Source: Actinomycetota bacterium (lineage in GTDB: Bacteria > Actinomycetota > Actinomycetes > Actinomycetales > Microbacteriaceae). Taken from it: a stretch of 60,118 bases of DNA. The DNA is taken from NCBI GenBank assembly GCA_041180525.1, contig JBEGRI010000001.1, positions 1 through 60,118 on the forward strand. The letters run 5' to 3'. Made by a program: the position numbers and the translations under genes. The notes under the pieces were generated by a model that was given only the letters and a program-made list of their open reading frames with translations, was not told the origin of the DNA and did no database searches. This document shows positions 10,151 through 20,547 of the stretch, one piece after another (the first letter of the stretch is position 1; the number at the start of each line of letters is the position of its first letter).

Positions 10151-10166
10151 AGAGAGGTTGCTCTAC

Positions 10167-10242
10167 GGCCCCATCGTTTAGCGGCCTAGGACGCTGCCCT
10201 CTCACGGCAGTAGCGCGGGTTCAAATCCCGCTGGGGTCACCA
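10167..10242 (+). tRNA. tRNA-Glu(CTC), CCA encoded
   Basis: ggcccca/tggggtc acceptor stem; anticodon arm ctgcc-ctCTCac-ggcag; GTTCAAATC T-loop; ends ACCA. Confidence 0.96.
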
Positions 10243-10281
10243 GAACTGACTTACTGTCGGTTTATTACTAGGGTTGAAGTG

Positions 10282-11181
10282 ATGAATCTAACTGAGTTCC
10301 GTCCCAGCCGAGTTAAATCTTTAGCCAGTGGGCTTATCGATCAGGTCAGCTATGTTCCCCAACTACCTATTCCCGGTGGCGACGTTAGGGCAATAAAGAC
10401 TTTCAGCCAAGTTGGTGGGGCACTTAACCTTGAAGCGGCCACCACTCGCCTTGGACTTCCAGCTATTCACTGCACACCTATCGGTCAGGGCCCAAGAGCG
10501 GACATGATTCGAACTGCCATGGCAATGGAAGGTGTCGGAATCGAAGCCATTGAAGAGTATGCAAGCGGAGATAGTGGTCTTTGCATAACACTGGTTGAAT
10601 CTAACGGGCAGAGAAGTTTTATTACCCAAAGTGGAGCTGAAGCTCAAAGAGATTTTGAAGAACTAAAGAGATACCAATACCCTGAAGATGCTTGGTTGGT
10701 GATTTACGGCTATGAGTTGGTTTATCCAACATCGAAAGCTGCTTTTGAAGAACTACTCAACTCAGGGTTGATTCGTAGCAAGATTATTTTCGATCCAGGA
10801 CCAACCACGGCAGAACTTTCGACTGAAACGTTAACTTGGTTGGGTAAAAACGCAACATTAATTTCCTGCAACAAGAGTGAATACGTGAAACTATCTGCCT
10901 ACCTGAGCGATGATGTTTGGCTCTTGCTGAGAAAAGGTGCTGACGGTGCCGAATTACATCATCAAGGAGCAGTAGTCGCTAATGCACCTAGTCGAAAAGT
11001 TGAGGTAGTCGACACTAACGGGGCAGGGGATGTTCACACTGGAGCTTTTCTGGCCGCTTTAGCTAAAGGCAATGGGTTGCAAGAATCCCTGGAGTTAGCT
11101 TGTCGTGCAGCTGAGTTCTCAATTCAGCGTGAAGGTGGTTGCTCTGGCCCTACTTGGACTGAGCTACTTGCAATTGCCTAG
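10282..11181 (+). CDS. PfkB/ribokinase-family carbohydrate kinase
   Basis: GGALN, FDPGP, CNKSE, KGADG, DTNGAGD motifs. Confidence 0.9.
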   Translation: MNLTEFRPSRVKSLASGLIDQVSYVPQLPIPGGDVRAIKTFSQVGGALNLEAATTRLGLPAIHCTPIGQGPRADMIRTAMAMEGVGIEAIEEYASGDSGLCITLVESNGQRSFITQSGAEAQRDFEELKRYQYPEDAWLVIYGYELVYPTSKAAFEELLNSGLIRSKIIFDPGPTTAELSTETLTWLGKNATLISCNKSEYVKLSAYLSDDVWLLLRKGADGAELHHQGAVVANAPSRKVEVVDTNGAGDVHTGAFLAALAKGNGLQESLELACRAAEFSIQREGGCSGPTWTELLAIA

Positions 11182-12400
11182 CATTTTTAGCAACTGTTAT
11201 CGAAAGCAGTGAAATTACCGTTACGGGCAGTAAAGCGAACATATTCAAACCACCGAAAGCTACCAAACTCACTACAGTTCCCGCTAAAGCTCCACCTAGC
11301 GCACCAGAGAGGTTCATCAGAGAATCGCTTAAACCTTGAACGTTGGTTTTTTCAGTCATCGGAAGTGATGAAGATAGCAATGCTGAACCTGAAACGGTTG
11401 AAGCAGACCAACCAAGTCCCAGCAGGGCCAGTCCTAGGGTTACCAGCCAACGATTTTCACTACCAAATCCGGCTATAGCCAGAGCTGAAAGATATGTAAT
11501 CTGACCGATGATGATCATTCGAACTCTTCCGATGCGGTCGGCTAGAACTCCCATCACTGGCGATAATGCATACATACCCGCGATGTGTAATGAAATTGTG
11601 AAACCAACCACCACGATGTCATAGCCCATATCTTGCATGTGTACTGGAGTCATACTCATCACCGAAACCATTACCATGTGTGAAAGGGCAATACTGATAA
11701 CTGCATATCTAGCTAAAGAATTTTGTTTCAAAGTCTTAAAAGCAGATTTCATGGAGATCTTGTGTTTACCTTTATTGGCATTCTCGCCCATAGACTGGGC
11801 ATATTTAAGCGGATCAGGTTTTAGACCAAACCAGAAAATCAAAGTTGAACTTATCTGAGCAAAAACCGTAAACAGAAAAGGCCCAGTCAATGGAGCTAAA
11901 CCAAGTAATTTTCCTAAAGCATCGCCAGGACCAAAAAGATTTGGACCAGTAACAGCACCAACGGTTGTTGCCCACACAACTAAACCAATTGATCTACCAG
12001 TTTTTCCAGCCGATGGGATATCCGCAGCAGCGAATCTAGCTTGAAGCGAGGTTGCAGAGCCTGCTCCTAAAAAGAAGATACCTAGAAGTAGAAGTGGAAA
12101 AAATCTAATGTGTGCTGCTTCAATCACCAGCAGTGCCCCAGAGATTGCAAAAGCTGCCCCAGTGGCCAGTGCGGGTCTTCTACCTCGAGCGTTGGCCAGG
12201 CGTGAAAGTGGAATTGCCCAGGTTGCTGCGCCAAGAGTGCTAAAAGTTGCTGCAGCACCGGCCCAAGCCTCAGTTCCACTGAGATCTTTGGCAAGCAGTG
12301 AGCCAATAGAAAGCACAGAACCTAGCCCGAAACCACCTAAAACTTGGCCCAACGCCAGTATTTTGATGGTTCGACGTTGAATTTGCTCGATATTGTTCAC
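11150..12400 (-). CDS. MFS transporter
   Basis: Many hydrophobic segments; motif A variants SRLANARGRR and GVLADRIGR. Confidence 0.9.
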   Translation of the reverse strand: MNNIEQIQRRTIKILALGQVLGGFGLGSVLSIGSLLAKDLSGTEAWAGAAATFSTLGAATWAIPLSRLANARGRRPALATGAAFAISGALLVIEAAHIRFFPLLLLGIFFLGAGSATSLQARFAAADIPSAGKTGRSIGLVVWATTVGAVTGPNLFGPGDALGKLLGLAPLTGPFLFTVFAQISSTLIFWFGLKPDPLKYAQSMGENANKGKHKISMKSAFKTLKQNSLARYAVISIALSHMVMVSVMSMTPVHMQDMGYDIVVVGFTISLHIAGMYALSPVMGVLADRIGRVRMIIIGQITYLSALAIAGFGSENRWLVTLGLALLGLGWSASTVSGSALLSSSLPMTEKTNVQGLSDSLMNLSGALGGALAGTVVSLVAFGGLNMFALLPVTVISLLSITVAKNARQLQVAQSK

Positions 12401-12477
12401 CCTGCCAATCTACGCCACGCTGGTAAACTTGGGGTTCAGGCCTTTTTCAGGTGTTTTGAAGTTCAGCTAGGAAATAG

Positions 12478-13791
12478 ATGAGTCAGATTACAGTCCAAGG
12501 TGGCAAACCGCTTATCGGCAGGGTTGACCTAAAAGGAGCTAAGAATCTCGTCACCAAGGCCATGGTGGCCGCTCTTTTGGCAGAAACACCTAGCACCTTA
12601 AAAGACGTGCCAAAAATTAGCGACGTTGAGGTGGTTCAACGACTGCTGGAATTACACGGAGTCAAGATATCTTTCGATGATGCCGGGGTTATGAATCTTG
12701 ACCCAAGCAACGTCAAGTCAGCTCGCATGGTTGATATCGATGCTCACGCTGGATCCTCACGTATCCCAATTCTGTTTTGCGGTCCACTTTTACACCAATT
12801 AGGCGAGGCTTTCATTCCGGACCTTGGTGGTTGCCATATTGGCGATCGTCCAGTGGATTATCACTTTGAAGTGCTAAGAAGCTTCGGTGCAGTAATTGAA
12901 AAACTTCCTAACGGTACCAGAATGACAGCACCCAATGGTCTAGTCGGAACCAAGATTTCCCTTCCATACCCTTCGGTCGGTGCAACTGAGCAAGTTCTGC
13001 TAACCGCGACTAAAGCTCAAGGCTTAACTGAACTTTCTGGAGCTGCAGTCGAACCAGAAATTATGGATTTGATTGCCATTTTGCAGAAGATGGGTGCCAT
13101 TATTTCTGTCGACACCGACCGTGTAATCAGAATTGAAGGAGTCAGTTCACTTAGCGGTTACACCCATCGAGCTTTATTTGATCGGAACGAGGCTGCATCC
13201 TGGGCAGCAGCTGCACTAGCTACCGGTGGCGAAATTATGGTCGGTGGCGCTAGGCAGCAGGAGATGACCACTTTCCTAAACGTGTTTAGGAAAATTGGTG
13301 GAGCTTTCAACATTGAAGAAGACGGTATTCGTTTTAAGCATCCTGGTGGCAACTTGCAACCAGTTGTGATTGAAACCGATGTTCATCCAGGCTTCATGAC
13401 CGACTGGCAGCAACCTTTAGTTGTTGCCCTGACTCAAGCCAACGGTTTATCTATCGTTCACGAAACTGTGTATGAGAATCGGTTTGGCTTTACCGAAGCT
13501 CTAGTTCAAATGGGTGCACAAATCCAGATTTACCGCGAGTGCCTCGGTGGAAACCCCTGTCGTTTTGGTCAAAGAAACTTTTATCACTCGGCAGTTATCT
13601 CAGGGCCAACCCAATTGAAAGGTGCAGATATTCGTGTTCCTGATCTTCGCGGAGGGTTTAGCCACATGGTGGCTGCTCTGGCTGCCGAGGGAACTTCTAA
13701 TGTCACTAACGTCCAACTGATTTCTCGTGGCTACGAACATTTCTTATCCAAGCTTGAAGCTCTAGGCGCGACATTTAGCTACACGGAGTAG
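12478..13791 (+). CDS. murA: UDP-N-acetylglucosamine 1-carboxyvinyltransferase
   Basis: GAKN, LGGCHIGDRP, SVGATE, PGFMTD, YENRF, PDLRGG, RGYE motifs. Confidence 0.96.
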   Translation: MSQITVQGGKPLIGRVDLKGAKNLVTKAMVAALLAETPSTLKDVPKISDVEVVQRLLELHGVKISFDDAGVMNLDPSNVKSARMVDIDAHAGSSRIPILFCGPLLHQLGEAFIPDLGGCHIGDRPVDYHFEVLRSFGAVIEKLPNGTRMTAPNGLVGTKISLPYPSVGATEQVLLTATKAQGLTELSGAAVEPEIMDLIAILQKMGAIISVDTDRVIRIEGVSSLSGYTHRALFDRNEAASWAAAALATGGEIMVGGARQQEMTTFLNVFRKIGGAFNIEEDGIRFKHPGGNLQPVVIETDVHPGFMTDWQQPLVVALTQANGLSIVHETVYENRFGFTEALVQMGAQIQIYRECLGGNPCRFGQRNFYHSAVISGPTQLKGADIRVPDLRGGFSHMVAALAAEGTSNVTNVQLISRGYEHFLSKLEALGATFSYTE

Positions 13792-13795
13792 CCGG

Positions 13796-14677
13796 ATGCC
13801 TAAAAACAAAGAAATAAAGATGCCTGCATTGAAAGCAGGTGTTGAAATTACTTGGCCGATTAGAATTTTGGCTAATGTCTTACGCCCGCTTGTGCGGTTA
13901 CTTTACGGCATTCAAGTAACTGGCAAAGAGAATCTGCCTAAATCTGGGGGCTATGTTCTAGCAGCTAACCACGTCACACAGCTTGATGCTCTAGCAGTTG
14001 CATACATGATTTACTTCAGGCTGCACCGCGCCCCACACTTTCTGGCCAAGGAAGGTTTGTTTAGGACCCCAATAGTTGGCCCAGTTTTACTAGCCTGTGG
14101 ACAGATACCCGTGTTCCGCAGCGGTAAGAAGACGGTTGATCCGATGGCTTCAGCTTTTGAGGTTTTACGTGCAGGCCATGTAATAGGTATCTTTCCAGAA
14201 GGAACTTTAACTAGAGATCCAGGGCAATGGCCGATGCGTGGAAGAACTGGAGCCATCAGACTTGCTTTGGAAACAGGAGTGCCAATTATTCCAGTTGGTC
14301 AGTGGGGTAGCGAAGAAGTTATGGAAACTTATTCCTCAGTTATTAAACCTAAACCGTGGCATAACGTTAGATTAAAAATAGGTAAGCCAATAGACGTCTC
14401 GGATTTAGTTGGTAAAAAGATGAGTACTGAAGAGTTAGTGGCATTAACGGATCGTGTAATGCAGGACATTACGAAATTGGTTGAAGAGCTCAGAGGGGAA
14501 AAAGCTCCCTCAAGAAGATTTGTTCCGAGCGAACATGGTTTACCAGATCACGGTAATTTCAAAAAGTTCTTAATAATCAAGGCCGAAAACGAAAAAAGAG
14601 CGAAGTTGGGTTTAGCTGCTCTTCCTAGCAATTCGAAAATACGTTTCGGAAAAGTAGTCGTTAAGAAGGAGGGCTAA
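13796..14677 (+). CDS. plsC: 1-acyl-sn-glycerol-3-phosphate (lysophospholipid) acyltransferase
   Basis: NHVTQLD (HxxxxD), FLAKE, IFPEGTLTR; lies between murA and gpsA. Confidence 0.88.
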   Translation: MPKNKEIKMPALKAGVEITWPIRILANVLRPLVRLLYGIQVTGKENLPKSGGYVLAANHVTQLDALAVAYMIYFRLHRAPHFLAKEGLFRTPIVGPVLLACGQIPVFRSGKKTVDPMASAFEVLRAGHVIGIFPEGTLTRDPGQWPMRGRTGAIRLALETGVPIIPVGQWGSEEVMETYSSVIKPKPWHNVRLKIGKPIDVSDLVGKKMSTEELVALTDRVMQDITKLVEELRGEKAPSRRFVPSEHGLPDHGNFKKFLIIKAENEKRAKLGLAALPSNSKIRFGKVVVKKEG

Positions 14678-14680
14678 GGT

Positions 14681-15682
14681 ATGGCTAAGGTTGCTGTTAT
14701 TGGCGCTGGTTCTTGGGGAACTACTTTTGCCAAAGTTTTAGTTGACGCAGGTAATCAAGTGATGCTGTGGTCTAGACGAGCCGAGCTTACTGAAGAAATA
14801 AACCTTACTCATCGTAATGGTGATTACATTCCAGGAATTAATTTGCCGATTGGCTTGGTTGCTTCAAGTGATATAGCTGAGGTGCTAACTGGTGCAGAGC
14901 AGGTATATATTGCTGTCCCTTCTCAAACCCTTCGAGCTAACTTAGAGCAGTGGGGGCACCTGATTGAACCTAGCGCGATTTTAGTCTCATTGATGAAAGG
15001 TGTTGAAGCTGGATCAGGCTTACGCATGAGTCAAGTCATGGCTGAAGTGCTAAAGGTTTCAGAGGATCAGATTTGCGTTGTCTCAGGGCCAAATCTTTCA
15101 TTAGAGATAGCCAGTGAACAACCAGCAGCCTGTGTTGCCGCTTGCACCTCAAAAAGCAATGCCGCTCTAGTCGCTGCAGCTTCGACTAATTCTTACTTCA
15201 CGACATTTACCAACAAAGATGTTATTGGAACAGAATTTGGCGGAATCCTAAAAAACCTGATTGCTGTTGCCATTGGTATCGTCAACGGGGTTGGCTATGG
15301 CCAGAACACTAAAGCATCGATTATGACCAGAGGGCTTGCTGAAATCTCAAGGTTTGCTGTTGCCTATGGAGCTAAGAAAAAGACCATGGTTGGTTTGGCT
15401 GGTTTGGGAGATCTAATTGCAACAAGTGAATCACCGCTTTCGCGTAACCACAAGGCTGGAGAGATGCTCGGTAAGGGCTATTCAAAACGTGAAGTGCTTA
15501 GGCGTCTTTCACAAACGGCTGAAGGCTTGAACTCGGTCTATCCAGTGTTGAAACTAGCTGAGGCTAAAGGTGTTGCAATGCCTATAGTTGAGCAGGTGCA
15601 CCTTGTTATTGAAGGCAAAATGAGCCCTAAAGACATAGGGCCTTCGCTTACTCGTGGACGAGATGTTCCGGAGGCTGAGTAA
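14681..15682 (+). CDS. gpsA: NAD(P)H-dependent glycerol-3-phosphate dehydrogenase
   Basis: GAGSWGT, SGPN, LKN, GLAGLGDL, SRN motifs. Confidence 0.96.
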   Translation: MAKVAVIGAGSWGTTFAKVLVDAGNQVMLWSRRAELTEEINLTHRNGDYIPGINLPIGLVASSDIAEVLTGAEQVYIAVPSQTLRANLEQWGHLIEPSAILVSLMKGVEAGSGLRMSQVMAEVLKVSEDQICVVSGPNLSLEIASEQPAACVAACTSKSNAALVAAASTNSYFTTFTNKDVIGTEFGGILKNLIAVAIGIVNGVGYGQNTKASIMTRGLAEISRFAVAYGAKKKTMVGLAGLGDLIATSESPLSRNHKAGEMLGKGYSKREVLRRLSQTAEGLNSVYPVLKLAEAKGVAMPIVEQVHLVIEGKMSPKDIGPSLTRGRDVPEAE

Positions 15683-16767
15683 TGGCCAAAACTAGGGTGG
15701 TATTACTCTTTGGCGGTGTTTCCAGTGAACACAGCATTTCTTGTGTTACCGCCGCTGGTGTCATTTCAGCGATTGATCGAGATAAATATGATGTCATTCC
15801 AGTCGGTATTACTAAGTTAGGCGAATACGTTCTTGTCGGTGATGAAATTTTCTCTTGGTCGCTCAACAATGAAGTGTTACCTGAGGTTGAAGCGAACGGA
15901 AAAAGTTTCATTTGGCCAAAAGCTGGAATGAGAAACATTGGTTTTGAGCAGCAAGGAACTTATCATTCGCTTGGTGAAGTTGATGTAGTTTTTCCTGTTT
16001 TACATGGACCAAACGGTGAAGATGGAACCATCCAAGGCTTCCTAGAATTAATCGGTTTACCTTATGTTGGTAATGGGGTTCTGGCTAGTGCTGCCGGGAT
16101 GGATAAAGAATTTTCTAAAGCACTCTTTATTGCTGCGGGTTTACCAGTAACAGCTCATGTTGTTATCCACGAACTCGATTGGCTAAATGATCCTGAGACA
16201 CAATTGGAAAACATCAAAACGTTAGGGCCACTACCTCTTTTCGTGAAACCAGCCCGGGCTGGTTCTTCGGTTGGTGTCAGCAAGGTAAAAGACATGGCCG
16301 ATTTTGCCAAAGCTTTGGAAATAGCTTTTGCTGAAGATAACAAGGTAACAGTTGAAAAAGCCGTGGTTGGTCGTGAGGTTGAGTGTGCTGTTCTATCTGT
16401 GAAAGGTTCAACTAAACCCAAAGTATCGGTGGCTGGCGAGATCGTGGTCACGGGAAGAGACTTTTATGATTTTGAAGCGAAGTATCGTGATGGGAATGCA
16501 GCTCAGCTAATTTGCCCCGCGGGTCTAACTAAAGAAGAACTTTCTGAGATGCAGGCTCTTGCCAGCAGAGCTTTTAGAGCTTTAGGTTGTTTTGGTTTAG
16601 CGAGAGCAGACTTTTTTCTAACCAAAGATGGTTTCCTGGTTAATGAACTAAATCTGATGCCAGGCTTTACAGCTATCTCCATGTATCCGAAGTGTTGGCA
16701 GGCCTCTGGTTTGGCGTATCCAGACCTGATTGATCAACTTATCCAATTGGCCTTTGAAAGAACCTAG
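15682..16767 (+). CDS. ddl: D-alanine--D-alanine ligase
   Basis: GGVSSEH, LHGPNGEDG, KPARAGSSVG, YDFEAKY, NELNLMPGFT. Confidence 0.96.
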   Translation: MAKTRVVLLFGGVSSEHSISCVTAAGVISAIDRDKYDVIPVGITKLGEYVLVGDEIFSWSLNNEVLPEVEANGKSFIWPKAGMRNIGFEQQGTYHSLGEVDVVFPVLHGPNGEDGTIQGFLELIGLPYVGNGVLASAAGMDKEFSKALFIAAGLPVTAHVVIHELDWLNDPETQLENIKTLGPLPLFVKPARAGSSVGVSKVKDMADFAKALEIAFAEDNKVTVEKAVVGREVECAVLSVKGSTKPKVSVAGEIVVTGRDFYDFEAKYRDGNAAQLICPAGLTKEELSEMQALASRAFRALGCFGLARADFFLTKDGFLVNELNLMPGFTAISMYPKCWQASGLAYPDLIDQLIQLAFERT

Positions 16768-17207
16768 CCAATACACTTTCTACTTTGCTTAACAACATTT
16801 ACCGCCTGACTCAAATCATCAAGTATTGTTGCCCCAGAAACCTTGGTTGAATCAACTGTGATAAGTGTTGCTGGTGTTCTGCCAAAACTTATAAATCGGT
16901 AAATAGGTTTCTGGCTCTCATCAACTATCCAGTCGACATCTCCAGCGCTGACACAGGGGAGTTTGCTGACCAGCACCGGATCAACCCCACAGGTCAAAGT
17001 GACAGTGGTTGGGTTTCCCCAAGCAGCAGTTGATTGGGATGAAGTGGTTCTACGCTCCTGGCTATCAGTGGATTGGGGAAGCCGAACTATTACCTGAGCA
17101 CATTCTGGGTTATTTGCATCTGGGGCCGCAGTCAAAATCACTGTTGCCGAGCAGCCACTAAGGCTTAGGGCTAGTAAAAGTATCAAACTTTTAAGAAACT
17201 TCATCAT
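16764..17207 (-). CDS. DUF3515 family lipoprotein
   Basis: Lipobox LSGC; conserved Cys, AAWG and CG motifs; standard ddl-thiL position. Confidence 0.8.
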   Translation of the reverse strand: MMKFLKSLILLLALSLSGCSATVILTAAPDANNPECAQVIVRLPQSTDSQERRTTSSQSTAAWGNPTTVTLTCGVDPVLVSKLPCVSAGDVDWIVDESQKPIYRFISFGRTPATLITVDSTKVSGATILDDLSQAVNVVKQSRKCIG

Positions 17208-17228
17208 AAACAGGCTACCTTTTAAAGC

Positions 17229-18200
17229 GTGTCCGATAAAACTTTGGCTGAACTTGGTGAGAATGAGTCGTTACGCCTAACCATAGCTAAGCTCATCAAT
17301 CAAGATAAGGCATTGGTTGGACCGGGCGATGATGCGGCAGTCGTCTTAGCTCCTGATGGCAGATATGTCGTTACCACAGACACCATGGTTGAAGATCATG
17401 ATTTCAAACTCGCTTGGTCATCTGGGTTCGACTTGGGTTTTAAAGCTGTGTCGACGAATCTTTCGGACGTTGCAGCTATGGGGGCTACGCCAACCGCTCT
17501 GCTAATAGCTATAGCCTTACCGCAAACCACCAAGATTAGTTGGCTAGAGGACTTTGCCGAAGGCATCAATGAAGCAATTAGAAGTCTTGCCCCTGATGTT
17601 CAAGTTGTTGGTGGCGATCTTGCCAGCTCAACTAAGGTTTTCATTTCAGTTACTGCTCATGGTGACCTTCAAGGAAGAGCTCCAGTGCTGAGAAGTGGTG
17701 CAAGAATCGGCGATGCAGTTGCTATTGCTGGGTCTTTAGGTAAAGCCGCTGCGGGTTTGGAATTACTAAGTCTGTCCAACTCAGCGACCAAGGCTTTCGA
17801 TGATTTGGTTAATTTTCAGCTAAGGCCAGTTCCGCCAATTCAGGCTGGTATCGAAGCCTCTGTTGCAGGTGCAACTTCTATGCTGGATATTTCAGATGGT
17901 CTAATCAAAGATGCCAGCAGGATAGCTAAAGCTTCAGATGTCTCGATAAAAATTCGCGCTCAGGACTTAGTAGGTTTTGAAGCTATCCTCGATCAGGTTT
18001 CACAACGACTCGAGAAGAAAGCTTTAGATTGGATTCTCTACGGCGGCGAAGATCACGCCTTGCTTGCAACCTTTCCTAAAGATGCAATCATTCCGAAAAG
18101 CTTTAAGGTTATCGGTGCAGTTATTGCCAGAAGCGACGAAAGTATTTATCTTGATGACCAGCCACTCATATCTTTAGGCTGGGACTCAATCAGAGGTTAG
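17229..18200 (+). CDS. thiL: Thiamine-monophosphate kinase
   Basis: [31 protein letters not shown]. Confidence 0.95.
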   Translation: MSDKTLAELGENESLRLTIAKLINQDKALVGPGDDAAVVLAPDGRYVVTTDTMVEDHDFKLAWSSGFDLGFKAVSTNLSDVAAMGATPTALLIAIALPQTTKISWLEDFAEGINEAIRSLAPDVQVVGGDLASSTKVFISVTAHGDLQGRAPVLRSGARIGDAVAIAGSLGKAAAGLELLSLSNSATKAFDDLVNFQLRPVPPIQAGIEASVAGATSMLDISDGLIKDASRIAKASDVSIKIRAQDLVGFEAILDQVSQRLEKKALDWILYGGEDHALLATFPKDAIIPKSFKVIGAVIARSDESIYLDDQPLISLGWDSIRG

Positions 18201-19144
18201 GCGTGTAGCTGGGAGTTAAGCTTTATTCCTTCGCCTGCTCGAGGTAGCGCCTCAACTCGTCCATTCTGCGAATTTCTGCGGAACAGAATATTTTTGGCAC
18301 CACTGAGTTCAATGGCCTTTACAACTTTTTCAGTGCCATCGGCAATCAAGGTGACCTTAGTGCCAGCAGTTACATATAGACCAGCTTCGACAACACTGTC
18401 ATCACCAATAGAGATACCAATCCCACTGTTGGCACCTAGTAGAGCACGTTCACCGATTGATATCTTTTCTTTACCTCCGCCTGACAGAGTCCCCATGATT
18501 GATGCTCCACCACCGATGTCTGAACCGTTGCCAACGATGACACCTTGAGCTATGCGACCTTCAACCATAGCAAGCCCCAGTGTTCCAGCATTAAAGTTCA
18601 CGAAACCTTCGTGCATCACGGTAGTGCCTGGGGAAAGGTATGCGCCTAAACGAACACGATTGGCATCAGCTATTCTTACGCCTTTAGGAACAACATAGTC
18701 TGTGAGCCTTGGGAATTTGTCTAGGGAATGCAATGTGATGCCAGTTTGACGAAGTTCGACAAGTCTGCTCTCATATTCGACAACGCTCATTGCCCCGATA
18801 GAAGTAAAGGCAACGATGGGAAGGTTGGCCATCAAGTTTTCTAGATTGATGCTGTTTGGAAGCACTAAGAGTTTTGAGAGTAAGTGCAGCCTCAGGTAAG
18901 CGTCTGGGGTTGAGCTTACTGGCTGATCTAATTGAACCTCCGTTTTGACTGACTTTAGTTCAACATTTCTTCTCTCATCTTTACCTAGCTGATGGTGGTA
19001 TTGACTAGGTAGAAGCTCCAATGCTAAATCTGCTGGTGCTGAGCCAAGGCTCAGTGCTGGGTACCAGGTATCCAAGATTGTTCCGGCAGAGTCGATTGTG
19101 GCTATACCTACACCCCAAGCCGGACCAGATATAAAAGTATTCAT
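18197..19144 (-). CDS. dapD: Tetrahydrodipicolinate N-succinyltransferase (actinobacterial type)
   Basis: [44 protein letters not shown]. Confidence 0.95.
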   Translation of the reverse strand: MNTFISGPAWGVGIATIDSAGTILDTWYPALSLGSAPADLALELLPSQYHHQLGKDERRNVELKSVKTEVQLDQPVSSTPDAYLRLHLLSKLLVLPNSINLENLMANLPIVAFTSIGAMSVVEYESRLVELRQTGITLHSLDKFPRLTDYVVPKGVRIADANRVRLGAYLSPGTTVMHEGFVNFNAGTLGLAMVEGRIAQGVIVGNGSDIGGGASIMGTLSGGGKEKISIGERALLGANSGIGISIGDDSVVEAGLYVTAGTKVTLIADGTEKVVKAIELSGAKNILFRRNSQNGRVEALPRAGEGIKLNSQLHA

Positions 19145-19173
19145 CTAGTCAAGGTTACAAGTAGGCTCGTATT

Positions 19174-20247
19174 GTGCCAATCATTCTTGACCCAAATAAA
19201 AATGTTGTTGAACTAACCCAAGACATTTGTGACGCTTACTCGGTTTCAGGATCGGAAAGAGAACTAGCCGATGCTCTTGAAGCCCAGCTAAAATCCTTTG
19301 CTCATCTTCAAGTTACCCGTAACGGTGATGCCATTATCGCCCGAACCAATCTAGGCAGAGACAAAAGAGTCGTCATAGCAGGACACATTGATACGGTACC
19401 GGTGGCCAACAATCTGCCAACCAAACTAGTTGAACTTGATGGTAAGAATTATCTTTGGGGTAGAGGAACTGTTGACATGAAAGCTGGGGTCGCCGCCGCT
19501 TTCAAATTGGCCACTGAACTTACTAGCCCAAATGTTGATGTGACTTGGGTCTTTTACGATCACGAAGAAGTCGATTCGGCACTGAACGGTCTTGGCAGGA
19601 TAGCTCGAACCCAACCCGAGTTACTAGATGGTAGTTTTGCTGTTTTATGCGAGCCTTCGAATGCCAGGGTTGAAGGTGGTTGTAATGGCACCTTGCGCGC
19701 TGAGATAAGACTAAGCGGGGTTAAGGCCCATTCAGCTAGACCTTGGATGGGTGAAAATGCATTACATAAAGCCGCCAAGCCGCTTAGCATTCTCGCTGAA
19801 TACACTCCTGAAGAGATATCTGTTGATGGACTAGTTTATAGGGAAAGCTTGAACGCAGTTCTCATGCACTCTGGTGTTGCTGCCAACGTCATTCCAGATG
19901 AGGCTGTGTTGACTGTGAATTATCGTTTTGCTCCCAGCAAGGATTCCAAACAAGCCGAGCAGCACCTCAGGGAACTCTTTGCTGGTTTCGAACTTCAAGT
20001 GACAGATTTTGCTGATGGGGCTAGACCTGGGTTAGATCTTCCCGAAGCCGCAGCTTTTGTTGCGATAACCGGAACTGAACCAGCACCGAAATATGGCTGG
20101 ACTGATGTCGCCAGATTTTCAGCTTTAGGTATTCCTGCAGTCAACTTTGGTCCGGGAGATCCGAATAAAGCTCACGCCGATGATGAGGCGGTTGAAATCG
20201 AGCAGATTTACACTTGCGAGAAGGCTCTGCGGGGCTGGTTAGCCTAG
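19174..20247 (+). CDS. dapE: Succinyl-diaminopimelate desuccinylase
   Basis: GHIDTV, GRGTVDMK, HEE, AHSARPW, GWTDV, AHADDE; divergent from dapD. Confidence 0.94.
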   Translation: MPIILDPNKNVVELTQDICDAYSVSGSERELADALEAQLKSFAHLQVTRNGDAIIARTNLGRDKRVVIAGHIDTVPVANNLPTKLVELDGKNYLWGRGTVDMKAGVAAAFKLATELTSPNVDVTWVFYDHEEVDSALNGLGRIARTQPELLDGSFAVLCEPSNARVEGGCNGTLRAEIRLSGVKAHSARPWMGENALHKAAKPLSILAEYTPEEISVDGLVYRESLNAVLMHSGVAANVIPDEAVLTVNYRFAPSKDSKQAEQHLRELFAGFELQVTDFADGARPGLDLPEAAAFVAITGTEPAPKYGWTDVARFSALGIPAVNFGPGDPNKAHADDEAVEIEQIYTCEKALRGWLA

Positions 20248-20327
20248 AAAACTGACCAGACAGCCTTATTTTTAGTGGCTATTCGTGGTTTAATAGAAGT
20301 TCAGCGCAAAAGCAACAAGGAGATTCA

Positions 20328-20501
20328 ATGGCAGCTATGAAGCCTCGTACTGGGGACGGACCAATGGAAGCTGAACGTGAGGCTAGAGGCCTTATCGTTC
20401 TTCGCATACCTGCAGAAGGCGGCGGTCGTCTACAGATTTCAGTTAACGATGAGGAAATCGAAGCTTTAAAGAAGGTTTTAGCCGGAATTAAGAAGCGCTA
20501 A
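20328..20501 (+). CDS. DUF3117 family small protein (57 aa; not in the ORF track)
   Basis: Manual translation MAAMKPRTGDGPMEAEREARGLIVLRIPAEGGGRLQISVNDEEIEALKKVLAGIKKR; AAGGAG SD; MAAMKPRTGDGP is the family signature. Confidence 0.92.
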   Translation: MAAMKPRTGDGPMEAEREARGLIVLRIPAEGGGRLQISVNDEEIEALKKVLAGIKKR

Positions 20502-20511
20502 GTTTTCTTAC

Positions 20512-20547
20512 AAACTAAAAGCCACCTTTTCAGGTGGCTTTTAGTTT
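20512..20547. terminator. Bidirectional intrinsic terminator
   Basis: aaactaaaagccacct-tttc-aggtggcttttagttt perfect inverted repeat between convergent genes. Confidence 0.85.

Noticed and set aside
12478-13791. Possible fosfomycin-resistant MurA
   Set aside because: The active-site Cys is retained (GGCHIG) rather than the Asp seen in mycobacteria.
15682-16767. Possible D-Ala-D-Lac (vancomycin-resistance) ligase
   Set aside because: The omega loop ends EAKY (Tyr, D-Ala-D-Ala type), the context is housekeeping, and no vanH/vanX is present.
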